DNA from: Pristiophorus japonicus
Lineage: Eukaryota
Length of the DNA stretch: 64,000 nucleotides
NCBI RefSeq assembly: GCF_044704955.1
Contig: NC_091995.1
Coordinates: forward strand, 52,824,001-52,888,000
Reading direction: 5' to 3'
Shown here: positions 21,760-35,314 of the stretch, piece by piece
Layout of the letters: each line of letters starts with the position of its first letter
How positions within the stretch are numbered: the first letter of the stretch is position 1
Translations under genes and position numbers: made by a program
Notes under the pieces: generated by a model
The model's input: only the letters and a program-made list of their open reading frames with translations
Database searches by the model: none
Told to the model about the DNA's origin: nothing

Positions 21760-24700
21760 AAACTTCAAAGTAATGAAGAATAAATTGACTGCAGTAAACT
21801 GGGCTGAGCTGGTGATGAGTAAAACTACAGATAAATAGTGGGAACAGTTTAAAGGAAGTACTGGGTACAATACAACACCAGGACTTACCCGTACAATGCT
21901 AAGACTCCACTTCTGTAGTTAGGCAACCATGGTCAACAAATGAAAGAAGTGAGAGTATCAAGCTAAAGGGAAAGGCTGACACAAATGGTCAGAGATTGAG
22001 TTACAGAGCAGTTAGACAAGTATCAGCTCATCAGAGAGAGTCAGAATGGATTTTGAAGGGTAGGTCCTGTCTGACTAATCTCATTGAATTTTATGAGGAG
22101 GTCACTAACATGGTGGATAAGAGAGTGTCTATGGATGTTGTCTATATGGTATTCCAGAAGACATTTGATAAGGTTCTGCACAAGAGATTTTTAGCAAAAA
22201 GAACAGCGTACAGAATTGGAGCTAATCTTGTGACAGGGGTTGAAAGTTGGTTGGGAGGAAGGAGACAGAGAATAGGGATAAAGGGAATCTGCTCTGATTG
22301 GCAGGATGTGACGAGTGGTGTTCCCCAGGGATCTGGACTGAGGTCCCAGCATTTCACCATACATATTAATGACTTAATGAAGGAATAGAGACTTAATGAA
22401 GGATTAACCTGTGGAATTCCCTGCCGCAGAGAGTTGTTGATGCCAGTTCATTGGATATATTCAAGAGGGAGTTAGATATGGCCCTTACGGCTAAAGGGAT
22501 CAAGGGGTATGGAGAGAAAGCAGGAAAGGGGTACTGAGGGAATGATCAGCCATGATCTTATTGAATGGTGGTGCAGGTTCGAAGGGCCGAATGGCCTACT
22601 CCTGCACCTATTTTCTATGTTTCTATGTAAAGGCCAAGCTTGTATATCCAAGCTTGCAGATGGCACTAAGTTAGGAGACACAATAAAGGGACATTGACAG
22701 ATTAAATGAGTGAACTCCATCTGACATAGCTTTGCCCAATGTGGTGAAGTGTGAGATCATCCATATTAGATTGGAGGAAGACAAACTGGAATATTGTCTT
22801 CATGGTGAGAGACTTGGAACTGTAAAGGAGCAAAGAGATGTGGTGTCCATGTGCACAAATCACTAAAAGCTCGTGCACTGGTTTAAAAAAGCAATCCAAA
22901 AGGCTAATGGAATGTTGGCCTTTTCATAGAAACATAGAAAATAGGTGCAGGAGTAGGCCATTCGGCCCTTCGAACCTGCACCACCATTCAATAAGATCAT
23001 GGCTGATCATTCCCTCAGTACCCCTTTCCTGCTTTCTCTCCATACCCCTTGATCCCTTTAGCCGTAAGGGCCATATCTAACTCCCTCTTGAATATATCCA
23101 ATGAACTGGCATCAACAACTCTCTGCGGCAGGGAATTCCACAGGTTAACAACTTTCTGAGTGAAGAAGTTTCTCCTCATCTCAGTCCTAAATGGCCTACC
23201 CCGGATCCTAAGACTATGTCCCCTGGTTCTGGACTGCCCCAACATCGGGAACATTCTTCCCGCAGCTAACCTGTCCAGTCCCGTCAGAATCTTATACGTT
23301 TCTATGAGATCCCCTCTCATCCTTCTAAACTCCAGTGAATACAGGCCCAGTTGATCCAGTTTCTCCTCATATGTCAGTCCAGCCATCCCTGGAATCAATC
23401 TGGTGAACCTTCATTGCACTCCCTCAATAGCAAGAACATCCTTCCTCAGATTAGGAGACCAAAACTGAACACAATATTCCAGGTGAGGCCTCACTAAGGC
23501 CCTGTACAGCTGCAGTAAGACCTCCCTGCTCCTATACTCAAATCCCTTAGCTATGAAGGCCAACATACCATTTGCCTTCTTTACCGCCTGCTGTACCAAC
23601 ATGCCAACCTTCAATGACTGATGAACCATGACCCCAGGTCTCGTTGCACCTCCCCTTTTCCTAATGTGCCGCCATTCAGATAATATTCTGCCTTCGTGCT
23701 TTTTGCCCCCAAAATGGATAACCTCACATTTATCCACATTATACTGCATCTGCCATGCATTTGCCCACTCACCTAACCTGTCCAAGTCACCCTGCAGTCT
23801 CTTAGCGCCTCCTCACAGCTCACACCGCCACCCAGCTTAGTGTCATCTGCAAACTTGGAGATATTACACTCAATTCCTTCATCTAAATCGTTAATGTATA
23901 TTGTAAAGAGCTGGGGTCTCAGCACTGAGCCCTGCGGCACTCCACTAGTCACTGCCTGCCATTCTGAAAAGGACCCGTTTATCCCAACTTTCTGCTTCCT
24001 GTCTGCCAACCAGTTCTCTATCCACGTCGATACATTACCCCCAATACCATGTGCTTTGATTTTGCACATCAATCTCTTGTGTGGGACCTTGTCAAAAGCC
24101 TTTTGAAAGTCCAAATACACCACATCCACTGGTTCTCACTTGTCCACTCTACTAGTTACATCCTCAAAAAATTCCAGAAGATTCGTTAAGCGTGATTTTC
24201 CTTTCATAAATCCATGCTAATTTGGACCGATCCTGTCACTGCTTTCCAAATGGGCTGCTATTTCATCTTTAATAATTGATTCCAACATTTTCCCCACTAC
24301 TGATGTCAGGCTAATCGGTCGATAATTACTCGTTTTCTCTCTCCCTCCTTTTTTTTAAAGTGATGTTACATTAGCTACCCTCCAGTCCATGGGAACGGAT
24401 CCAGAGTCGATAGACTGTTGGAAAATGATCACCAATGCATCCACTATTTCTAGGGCCACTTCCTTAAGTACTCTGGGATGCAGACTATCAGGCCCCGGGG
24501 ATTTATTGGCCTTCAATCCCATCAATTTCCCTAACACAATTTCCCGCCTAATAAGGATATCCTTCAGTTCCTCCTTCTCACTCGACCCACTGTCCCCTAG
24601 TACATTCGGAAGGTTATTTTAGTCTTCCTTCGTGAAGACAGAACCAAAGTATTTGTTCAACTGGTCTGACATTTCTTTATTCCCCATTATAAATTCACCT

Positions 24701-26095
24701 GAATCCAACTGCAAGGGACCTACGTTTGTCTTCATTAATCTTTTTCTCTTCACATATTTAGAGAAGCTTTTGCAGTCAGTTTTTATGTTCCCTGCAAGCT
24801 TCCTCTCGTACTCTATTTTCCTCCTCTTAATTAAACCCTTTGTCCTCCTCTGTTGAATTCTAAATTTCTCCCAGTCCTCAGGTTTGTTGCTTTTTTAGCC
24901 AATTTATATGCCTCTTCCTTGGTTTTAACACCATCCTTAATTTCTCTTGTTAGCCACGGTTGAGCCACCTTCCCCGTTTTATTTTTACTCCAGACAGGGA
25001 TGTACAATTGCTGAAGTTCATCCATGTGATCTTTAAATGTTTGCCATTGCCTATCCACCGTCAACCCTTTAAGTGTCCTTTCCTTTGCCAGTCTATTCTA
25101 GCCAATTCACGCCTCATACCGTCGAAGTTACCTTTCCTTAAGTTCAGGGCCCTAGTTTCCGAATTAACTGTGTCACTCTCCATCTTAATAAAGAATTCTA
25201 CCATATTATGGTCACTCTTCCCCAAGGGGCCTCGCACAACAAGATTGCTAATTAGTCCCTTCTCATTACACCCAGTCTAGGATGGCCAGCTGTCGAGTTG
25301 GTTCCTCGACATATTGGTCTAGAAAACCATCCCTTATACACTCCAGGAAATCCTCCTCCACCACATTGCTACTAGTTTGGTTAGCCCAATCTATATGTAG
25401 ATTAAAGTCGCCCATAATAACTGCTCTACCTTTATTGCACACATCCCTTATTTCTTGTTTGATGCTGTCCCCAACCTCACTACTTCTGTTTGGTGGTCTG
25501 TACACAACTCCCACTCGCGTTTTCTGCCCTTTGGTATACCTCGAGGGGGCTAGAATACAAAGTGAGGAAATTATGCTTCAGTTGTACAGAGCCTTGGTCA
25601 GACTCCATCTGGTGTACGACATTCTGTTCTGGGCACCAAACCTCATGCACGATATATTGGCCTTGGAGGGGTACACTGCAGGTTCACCAGAATGAGACCA
25701 GCTCAGAGGGTTAAATTATGAGGACACATTTAGCTTGTATTTCCTTGAGATTAGAAGGGTGATCTAATCGAGAGATTTAAATTAATAAAGGGATTCGACA
25801 GAGTAGATACAGAGAAACTATTTTCTCTGGAGGTTAAGGTGGAACAAGAGAGCATTTAGGGTGAAATCAGAAAGCACTTTTTCACACAAAGGGTAGTAGC
25901 AATCTGGAACTCTCTCCTCCAAAAGGCGATGGATGCTGGCGGTTCAATTGAAGTTTTCAAGACTGAGATCAAGAGATGTTTGTTGGGTAAGGGTATCAAG
26001 GGATATAGAGCAATGGCAGGTAAATGGAGTTAAGGTACAGATCAGCCATGATCTCATTCAATGGTGGAACAGACTCAATATCCTACGTCTGTTCC
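21760..26095 (+). mobile_element. Old CR1 split by younger CR1 insertions (short + tail 22404-22628; large - copy 22925-25540)
   Basis: RT motifs continue across the insertions: GRSCLTNLIEF..., SKLADGTKLG..., LQLYRALVR... Confidence 0.7.
22925..25540 (-). mobile_element. CR1 LINE, ORF2 (EN+RT) frameshifted, with tail
   Basis: Successive ORFs 25514 to 23015 translate to CR1 ORF2 (YRPP, GDFN, FADD). CATAGAAACATAGAAA tail at 22925. Confidence 0.93.
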
Positions 26096-26109
26096 GATGT
26101 TCCATACCT

Positions 26110-26112
26110 GCG

Positions 26113-26150
<38 letters not shown>
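26110..26150. repeat. (CG)n(CA)n microsatellite just inside the intron after the alpha3 exon
   Basis: gcgcgcgcgcg followed by (ca)15. Confidence 0.95.
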
Positions 26151-26151
<1 letters not shown>

Positions 26152-26168
26152 CCAGTGCAGTTCCTTAC

Positions 26169-26447
26169 CCCACCGATAGACCTTTGCCTCTGCCAGGCTG
26201 CTGTGTTCAATTTGACAGGAGTATTGATCCTCATCCCCAGCATGTACTTCAATCTCTTTCTTGATCTGATGGGTCCCATTGTGGTTCGGTCGAACCCCTG
26301 AGGAGTGGCTCTCAGACACTAGCTCTCCATTCCTGAGCCAGATCACCTCGATGGCAATTGGGTAAAATCCAGTAACCAGGCAGGAGAGTGTGGGCAGTTT
26401 GTCCTGATGATTGGGGTCACTTCTGGAGATGAACACTTCAGGCTGAA
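26169..26447 (-). CDS. MHC class I heavy chain exon 4 (alpha3, IgSF C1 domain)
   Basis: 279 nt, ctttcAG / G|gtaagg, phase 1. VQPEVFIS..TLSCLVTGFYPIAIEVIWLRNG..GVRPNHNGTHQI..YSCQIEHSSL..RW has both C1 cysteines and the core Trp. Confidence 0.95.
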
Positions 26448-26553
26448 CTGAAAGGGGAAAGGGAGAAAACACAGACACCGAATGAAATGGGATAATAGTT
26501 TCCTAGATCTGTGAAGTTAGATCAGAACGTGGGATAAAAACTGAAATAAATAC

Positions 26554-26829
26554 CTTTCCTTGCAAAGTATTCCTTTCCAGCTCGCAAATATAAATGTAAA
26601 AACTGAACAAATCCTTCTTCCAGATGTGTTTTCCAATACTTGTTCCAGGATTCATCAGAATTCCATTTCTCCTTAGTCTTCACTGCATTATGATTGGTTG
26701 CGATCCATTTCATTCTGTCTGGTTCTAAACTAAGATAGTCCTTTCCATTATATCCAACATTCATCGATTTCTTAATGGAGCCGTCTTCTGTTATTTCAAC
26801 AGTTGAAATCCATTGAAAAATGTGAATTC
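26554..26829 (-). CDS. MHC class I heavy chain exon 3 (alpha2 domain, cysteine-less)
   Basis: 276 nt, tgacAG / G|gtattt, phase 1. GIHIFQW..GYNGKDYLSL..KWIA..KTKEKW..LEEGFVQFLHLYLRAGKE aligns to class I alpha2. A 106-bp intron separates it from alpha3. Confidence 0.92.
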
Positions 26830-27822
26830 CTGTCAGTAACCAAACAGGGATCAATAATCGGTTGTTAATGGGAAATCATAAATCAGTCTGATCAGAGGGG
26901 AATGAGCATCTCAAAGTATCAGGTAGAAATGGAGGGATAGAGTCACAGTCTGACAGGGGAAAGGGACTATAATATCAGGTAGAAATATCAGAAATGTTCC
27001 CAATGGAAGGCGATTATGGGACTTTGTGGCAGTGAGTTCACAAACCAGCCCGAACTTTCCAATAAGTTTCACCCGATTAATGGGCAGAAGTTGGATGGAA
27101 TGATTATTGGGAAATTGGGCAGAGCTCCATCCAAGATGGTTAATTCCCAATAGTGCAAGCAAAGAGGTTAATTCCCAGCACATCAATGAAAACGTTAATT
27201 CTCAGCATGCTAACAACAGGAGTTAATTCCTAGTACACTAACAAAAGGGATTCATTCGCAGCACGGATGTCCCAGGGATCGGTGCTGGGGGATGGGCTGA
27301 GTGGAGGTGTCCCAGGGGTCAGTGTTGGGATCCTACTGCATCCAGTCTCCCTAAACAACCTGGATTCAGAAACAGAGTGTAAGTTATACTGACACTGAAC
27401 TGCGGGGTAGGGGCAGCGCCTCTTCGAAGCGGCTAGAGGGCCCTGCACAAAATGTTGCAAATGTAATTTAGTAGTGAGGGTTCGGCACCAAGATGTAGTA
27501 TTAAAAAGTCGAAACAAGTTGCACAGATGACTGGGAGAGACAGTTAGAGTGAGAAATATTACAGAATTAGGTGGGATCATCGAAAATACAAAGAGGTCTA
27601 AGTTAGATTTAGAGTGCATGAGTGTAAATGCTGGAAATACTCAGCAAGTCAGGAAGCATCTATGGAGAGAGAAACTGAGTTAATGTTTCAGCTCGATGAC
27701 CTTTTATCAGAACCTTCAATATAGGACTGAAGACAGGCAGCATTTCTTCGTCCTAAAAGTGATCAGTGCCTGCAATGGTCTCTTGGTTAGGGTGCTGGGT
27801 TTAGGATACTCACTATCCTTCC

Positions 27823-30800
27823 TGTCATGTATGTACTTGTGGGTCACTAGCCACTAGATGGCGTCACTGTTGGAGGCCATTGGGCTGCACTTACATGTGT
27901 GCAGCCCAAGTATAAAAGCCCAGCCATTTTGTATTATACTCACTTTGGGCCTTAATAAAGCAGAGCCAAGATTATACCTTTTGGAGTCAACAATACTTAG
28001 TCTAACAAGTTATTACATACACAACATTTGGCGACGAGGCAACAACAACCTTTGCGTGCAAAAATGAGCACAATTGGATTGTTGGAGCGATTTGTGGAAG
28101 AAGATTGGGCCGACTTTGTGGCCAACAAAATGGAGGGGGAAGACGATGCAGATCGGCGCCGGGCAGTGTTCCTCACGGTTTGTGGTCTGAAAATTTATGG
28201 TCTTATAAAGAATCTCCTTTTGCCTGTGAGTCCAGCAGAGAAAAAGTATGAAGAATTATGTACCCTGGTATGTGACCACCTTAAGCCAGACGAAGGCATC
28301 ATCATCTCAAGAAACAGATTTTACACACAGAGGACCAGAATGTGGCGGAATTCCTTGCCGACCTGAGATGTCTAGCTGGACTGTGTAAGTTCGGTGCTGT
28401 GTTGGCAGACATGCTGCGGGACTTCTTTGTAATCGGCATCAACCACGAGATGATCCTGCGTAAACTACTGGCGGTGGAGACGTTGGACTTAAACAGGGCC
28501 ATCACTATCGCTCAGTCATGCATGACGACGGACAAAAGCTTAAAGCAGATATCAATGAAAAATCGAAACTCAGCAAGTACTGTAAATATGATTGATTTGG
28601 CGTTTGGCAGAGCGGCACATGGCAGGGCCTACCCGACTGCGTACATGAAACCTGTGGCTGCCCAAAGTCCGCCAACGAGAATGCATCCAATTTCTCCATG
28701 TTGGCATTGTGGGGGAAATCACCGGCACCATCAGTGTCGATTTAAACAAAATAGTTGTAAAGGTTGTTTGAGAGTGGGGCATTTCCAGCGCAAGTGTCTG
28801 CAACTGAGCAAGCGAGCTGTGACACACCACGTGGAGGATGATGAACAGTCTAGCACGGATCTGGATACGCAATCTGAGATACCAGAGGAGAAAGTGTATG
28901 GACTGTATACATTCCTAACTAAGAGCAAACCGATAATGATCAACGTGAAATTTAATGGGGTGCCGGTATCGATGGAACTGGACATGGGGGTGAGTCAATC
29001 GATGATGAGCCAGAGGGCATTCAACAAGTTGTGGGGTACTAAGGCTGTGAGGCCCAGGCTGAGTCCAGTCAATGCCAAGTTGTGTACGTACACTAAAGAA
29101 CTCATAACGGTGATTGGCAGTGCCAAAATTAAAGTGTCATATGACGGTGCAGTTCACGAGTTACCGCTCTGGATTGTCCCAGGCAATGGTCCAACACTGT
29201 TCGGCAGGAACTGGCTTGAAAAAATCAAATGCGATTGGAACGACATCAAGGCGTTGTCGTCGGAGGATGATTCATGTGCTCAAGTACTGAGCAAGTTCCC
29301 CTCGCTGTTCGAACCAGGTATCGGCAACTTCACGGGAGCTAAGATGCAGATCCACGTGGACTCGGATGTAAGACCCGTCCATCATAAAGCTCGGGCAGTG
29401 ATGTGTATGATGAGGGAGAAGGTCGAAATCGAACTGGACAGACTCCAGCGTGAAGGGATCATATCACCGGTTGAATTTAATGTATGGGCCAGCTCCATTG
29501 TTCCTGTGCTGAAAAGTGATGGCACAGTCAGAATCTGTGGAGACTACAAGGCTACAATCAACAGGGTTTCGAAACAGGATCAGTACCCATTACCGAAAGC
29601 TGATGACTTGTTTGCAACACTAGCAGGGAGGAAGTCGTTCACCAAACTGGACTTGACATTGGCCTACATGACACAGGAGCTGGTCGAGACATCGAAGAGA
29701 CTTACGTGCACTAACACGCATAAAGGACTATTTATTTATCACAGGTGCCCTTTCGGAATTCGCTCGGCTGCAGCAATATTTCAGAGGAACATGGAGAGTC
29801 TACTGAAGTCCGTTCCCAGAACCGTCGTGTTCCAAGATGACATCCTGATCACAAGTTGTGACTCCGAGGAACATCTGAACAACCTGGAAGAGGTTCTACA
29901 TCGTCTGGACAAAGTGGGACTCAGACTGAAACGCTCGAAGTGCATCTTCATGGCACCAGAGGTCGAATTCCTGGGGAGGAAAATTGCTGCTGACGGCATC
30001 AGGCCCATGGACGTGAAAACCAAGGCCTTCAAGAATGCACCCAAGCCGCTGAATGTGACGGAACTGCGTTCGTTCCTGGGTCTACTCAACTACTTCGGTA
30101 ACTTCTTACCTAGATTGAGCACCTTATTAGAACCACTGCACATGCTGCTAAGGAAAGGCGACAACTGGGCGTGGGGTGCGTCTCAAGACAGAGCTTTTGA
30201 GAAAGCCACTAATCTGTTTTTCTCTAACAAGCTGCTGGTAGATTATGACCCATGTAAATATTTAGTATTGGCCTGTGATGCTTGGTCATAGGGAATTGGT
30301 TGCGTACTCCAACAAGCTAATGAGTCGGGTAAACTTTAACCAGTCTCTTATGCTTCAAAAAGTTTGTCTAAAGCGGAAAGAGCCTACAGCATGGTAGAGA
30401 AAGAAGCACTAGCCTGTGTGTATGGGGTTAAAAAGATGCATCAGTACCTGTTCGGTCTTAGGTTTGAAATGGAAACAGATCACAAGCCACTCATTTGATT
30501 GTTTTCTGAAAACAAAGTTTTCAATACCAATCCCTGCCATTGCCACTCCCACCAGTCAGTCACCCAGCCACCAGTCACAACAGACTCTGAACACTCACCC
30601 AAGGCTGGAGTTGAACTGAGATGGTCAACCCGGGAGCGTAAAACACCGGACCGGTAAAAGACCGTGTCAACATCTCAGAGAGGGGTATTGTCATGTATGT
30701 ACTTTTGGGATCACTAGCCACGTATGTGCAGCCCAAGTATAAAAGACCAGCCATTTTGTATTATACTCACTTTGGGTCTCAATAAAACAGAGCCAAGGTT

Positions 30801-30853
30801 ATACCTTTTGGAATTAACAGTACTTAGTCTAACAAGTTATTGCATACACAACA
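27823..30853 (+). mobile_element. Gypsy/Ty3 LTR retrotransposon, defective (gag-PR-RT-partial RNase H, integrase deleted), in class I intron 2
   Basis: LTRs 27823-28026 and 30689-30853 (TG...CA), 5-bp TSD CTTCC, PBS TGGCGACGAG, purine tract before the 3' LTR. ORF 28342-30291 has zinc knuckles, protease ELDMG and RT FQDD. Confidence 0.93.
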
Positions 30854-31217
30854 CTTCCCTTATAATACAAGCACATGGACTCAAGAGATAGAGAGACCTC
30901 TGATTATTTAAAAATATACTAATACAACCCACTACATGCAGCACTCATGAAATCGGTACCAATTATACCCATGAACAGAGAACTCATCGCAGGTTCATAA
31001 TCTGTGTACTCCAGACTACTCAGGCTAGCCCCATGCAAGACTAGAAAGCGTTTCTAAAGTGTTCCTGTATCCAGTACCTTTATATGGTTAATCACGTAAG
31101 GCAAACAGGGGGTTAATACATAAGGACTTTTCTACTACCTGCAGTTAGTGTGGAAGTACACATGGTTAATATGTCATTGCACCAATAATCCTCCTCCCTA
31201 CATGCACTTGCTCATTA

Positions 31218-31634
31218 GTGTCAGCTGTGGCTCAGTGGGTTGCACCCTTGCCTCGGAGTCAGAAGATTGTGGGTTCAAATCCCACTCCAGGAACTTGAGC
31301 ACGTAAAAATCTAGGCTGATATGCCAGTACACTGCTGAGGGAGTGCTGCACTGTCAGAGGTGCCGTCTTTCAGATGAGATGTTAAACCGAGGCCCCCCTG
31401 CACTCTCAGGTGGATGTAAAAGATCCCATAGCACTATTTCAAAGAAGTGCAGCGGAGGTAACCCTCCATTAACTTATCCCATTGCTGTTTGTGGGAGCTT
31501 GCTATGTGCTAATTGGCTGCTGCGTTTCCCACATTACAACAGTGACTACACTCAAAAAGTACTTCATTGGCTGTGAAGCCCTTTAGGACGTCCTGAGATT
31601 GTGAAAGGCGCTATATAAATGCAAGTCTTTCTTT
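31218..31634 (+). mobile_element. tRNA-derived DeuSINE (SacSINE1-like)
   Basis: A box TGGCTCAGTGG and B box GGTTCAAATCC, a Deu-like core GTGCTGCACTGTCAGAGGTGCCGTCTTTCAGATGAG, and the tail AAAGGCGCTATATAAATGCAAGTC. Confidence 0.8.
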
Positions 31635-32314
31635 ATAAATCTGAAAATACTCAGCAGGTCAGGTGCAAGGCATCTGTGGAGAAAGAACATTTCAATGATT
31701 CAGCTCGCTGACCTTTTATCAAAACATCTGTTTCTCTCTCCACAGATGCCCCGTGACCTGCTGAGTAATTCCAGCAGTTTCTGTTTTTATTTCAGATGTC
31801 CAGTATCTGCAGGATTTTGCTTTTATTCATGTTACGATCTGTTGATTGTTCTCTGCAATTCTCCATCCAGCAGTGACTGCCTCTGTCCCTGACACTTTTC
31901 AATTCCTGATCTCTCTGAGGTATTTATTACCGAGAGCTCCATTCTCCTTTCACACTGCCTCCTGGATTGGCATTGCCCGTTCTGCTCTACTGGAGAAGAC
32001 CAATCTCATCCCCATATATAAGAATACTCAGCAAGAAGCCAGGATTTGACCAGCAATCTTCCCTTTCCCGGATGATCGCAACCATCTCACCATATTCTCA
32101 CCTTGCTTTATCACAAACCTGACCTTCATCAATGTGGACAGAACTTTGTAAATATCTCCATCAGAATAGAGAAAAGGAAGAGAATAACCATCCGTGTGAC
32201 CCTGATTCACACTACACCCCAGTGTCACAGAGTGCAGTATAACTAGGGCTGGGTACCTGTCCGGCATCCACTAAACAGGGCAGTCAGTAGATGATTCTGC
32301 ATCGCTGATCTTAC

Positions 32315-32575
32315 CGGATGTCTGGTTTGTCCCCTTCATTATCATATTCAGATTCTCCTTTGCCATGGCTGACCGTGTGTTCCCGAGATCTGTGAGAGAA
32401 TCCCAGTATTGCTCACTGAGATAGTCTGCCATGAACTGCTGCCTGGGAATTGCCCGGCGGATATCAGTGTCATGATAATTAAGTTGAACTCCCTTCACCA
32501 TCGCAACATTAATAACCTCGGGCAAGTCGCTAATGCCGGAGATTGCTGTGTACATCACAGTAAGTGATTTCGTGT
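32315..32575 (-). CDS. MHC class I heavy chain exon 2 (alpha1 domain)
   Basis: 261 nt, ttttacAG / G|gtaaga, phase 1. DTKSLTVMYTAISGISDLPEVINVAMVKGVQLNYHDTDIRRAIPRQQFM..QYWD..NQTS includes the conserved N86 sequon. Confidence 0.9.
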
Positions 32576-32749
32576 CTGTAAAACAAAAATTAAATGGACA
32601 GGTTATTAAACATATACAAGCATTGGCACCTAATCGAAGTGAAGCCTATCCACATAGTGACAATCTCCAATAATCCACCACTTTATCTCAACATCAGATC
32701 CTGTCAGATATTAACTGGCTCAGAATCAGATTAGAGCACTGCATACAGT

Positions 32750-33290
32750 TCTGATCGTCATATTTTAAAAAGGATATAGAGGCATTGGAGAGGCTGCAGA
32801 GAAGATTTACAAGGATGATACCAGAAATGCGAGGGTATACATTTCAGGAAAGGATGGACAGACTGGATCCCTTTTCTCTTGAAAAAAAGAAGGCTGAGGG
32901 GTGACCTAATAGAGGCCTTTAAAATTATGAAAGGTTTTGATAAAGTGGAAACAGAGAGAATGTTTCCACTTGTGGGGAAGAGCATAACTAGAGGCCATCA
33001 ATATAAGATAGTCACCAAGAAATTCAATAGGGGATTCAGAAGAAACTTCTTTACCCAGCAAGTGGTGAGAATGTGGAACTCACTACCACAGGGAGTGGTT
33101 GAAGCGAATAGTATCGATGCATTTAAGGGGAGGCAAGACATGCATATGAGGGAGAAGGGAATAGAGGGTTATGCTGATAGATTTAGATGAGGAAAGGCGG
33201 GAGGAGGCTCGAGTGGAGTATAATCGCTGGCATGGACTGGTTAGGACAAATGGCCTGTTTCTGTGCCATATATCCATGTAATCCTCTATA
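32750..33290 (+). mobile_element. CR1 3' fragment
   Basis: RRLRGDLIEAFKIMKG..RNFFTQQVVRMWNSLP. Confidence 0.85.
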
Positions 33291-33419
33291 AAGATGGCTG
33301 CAGCCTCTCAGAACAGGGACTAAACACGGAATCAGAGTCACTCAGACATCCGATGGATTCAATGTGTCCCACATGGGAGAGTCTGGGACACATTCGAGGA
33401 GTTTGAGTGTTAAATACAA

Positions 33420-35022
33420 GGGGGTCGAAATTCGGTGCTGCCGTTTTTTAGGTGGTGTCACCGTCTGAATGGAGATTTTACTACCAGGCGGCAGTTGCCA
33501 CCTCCAACTGCGAAATTCAGTTTTGCTGCCTGAAAAGGGAATTACAGCGTTAAATCGGGCGTCGCACGCTACTCTGGAGGCGGTAAATGTCGGTAAATGA
33601 GGCGGCAACATCCAGGCGTCAATCATCATTTGTAACTGCGCCACAGATATACTGCCGCCACCTGGATTCAATTGAGGCGGTGACTGGGTGTGACACTGCC
33701 TCGTGCATATATTCACTTGCTACACACTCTCACAGGGTGAAGATGCAGCAGCAGCTCACCAGCACGCTCACCGCTTCCCTGACGCCGCCGTCAATGCTCT
33801 GCTTGATGCCTTGGAGAGGCGTCGAGAACTACTGAGGACAGAGGCTGCGAGGAGGCCACAGCCTCAAACATTTCGCAGGCTATGGTGGAAAGTCGCTGAA
33901 ATATTGTCAGCGAGTGGCACTGCCCAGGACAGCGACCCAATGTTGTAAGAAGTGGAACGGTGTGACTTGGTTGCTCAGGGTGAATATATTTTACATTAAC
34001 CTGAACATGCCATGCTCTGAGCTCAATGGGCAGTCTTTCCTCAATTCGCCAGGACACTAGTCCCAGCCTGGTTCAAGTGAAGCCCATTCTGACGGAACAG
34101 CTCCCTCTTTCCCCAGTACTGGTGCCAGTGCCCCATGAATCAAAACCCATTTCTCCCACACCAATCTTTGAGCCACGCATTCATCTCTCTGATCTCATTT
34201 ACCCTATTCAAATTTGCACGTGGTTCAGGTAGTAATCCATAGATTATTATCTTTGTAGTTCTGCTTTTTAATTTAGCCACTAGTGGCTCATACACCCTCA
34301 GCAGAACCTCTTTGTTTGTCCTACCTGTGTCATTGATACCCAGGTGGACCACGACAACTGGATTTTTCCTCTCCCATTCCAAGTTCCTCTCCAGTCCAGA
34401 GAAGATGTCCTTAACCCTGACATCAGGCAGACAACACAGCCTTCGGGACACATCAGGTCTATCGCTAACCTGGAACAGTAACCTGGGATACACTTGGTCT
34501 ATCTCTAATCTGGGACACTAACCTGGGACACACCCAATCTATCTCTAACCTGGAACACTAACCTGGGACACACCCGGTCTATCGCTAACCTGGAACAGTA
34601 ATCTGGGACACACCCGGTCTATCTCGAACCTGGATCACTAACATGGGCCACACCCGGTCTATCTCTAACATGGGCCACACCCAGTCTATCTGAAACCAAG
34701 GGAAAGTGACATGGGATAGATCCAACTCTATCTGTAAGTTAAGACAGAGAACATCTGGAGGGAGGTATTAAGGAGACCCTGCTGACCAGGGAACATCTGG
34801 AGGGAGATATTAAGGATAACCCGAGGGCAGGTCTGTTGTCATGACCTGAAACATGTGGGAACAAAAATGTGATTGCCCCTGAAAACACATGCGGAAATCG
34901 CGATGTGCGATCAACCCGCGCCTATTCCAAGTAATGCAGGCAGCACGCAAACTTTGCCATTTTGGACACAAAACGACATGTAGCGAAGAAAAACCGGGCA
35001 CCACGGAGCCGAATTTCGTTTT
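33420..35022 (+). mobile_element. Harbinger-derived element with a Myb/SANT-like fragment, containing a CR1 ORF1 piece and a tandem repeat
   Basis: Inverted ends CGAAATTCGG / CCGAATTTCG. RFPDAAVNALLDALERRRELL..LWWKVAEIL..(frameshift)QCCKKWN resembles the Myb-like protein at 46535. A minus-strand CR1 esterase piece lies at 34020-34460. Confidence 0.55.
34445..34690. repeat. About 40-bp tandem repeat (about 6 copies)
   Basis: CACCCGGTCTATC(G/T)CTAACCTGGAACA(G/C)TAA.CTGGGACA with period 40. Confidence 0.8.
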
Positions 35023-35314
35023 AGAATACAAGAATGAAGAGAAACAGTGATGTTTGGGAAGATGAAGTGCGATGCTGTGGGGTGCGGTCACTGTATGAAC
35101 AGTCTCGCTGTACACCAGGAGTGTTGGACTAACAGGGGCAGCATCTCCACTGTGCTTAACATCCTATAATGACCACTTTAAACATGGCCAGTAGGGGCCC
35201 AAAGGATGTTGGTGGTGGATTGTCTGAGATAACCTGGTCTATTCAACCATGAGGGCATCACAGCTGTGCCTGAGGTGGGTGAGACATGGATTATTCTCCC
35301 CGTGTGTTTAGAAA

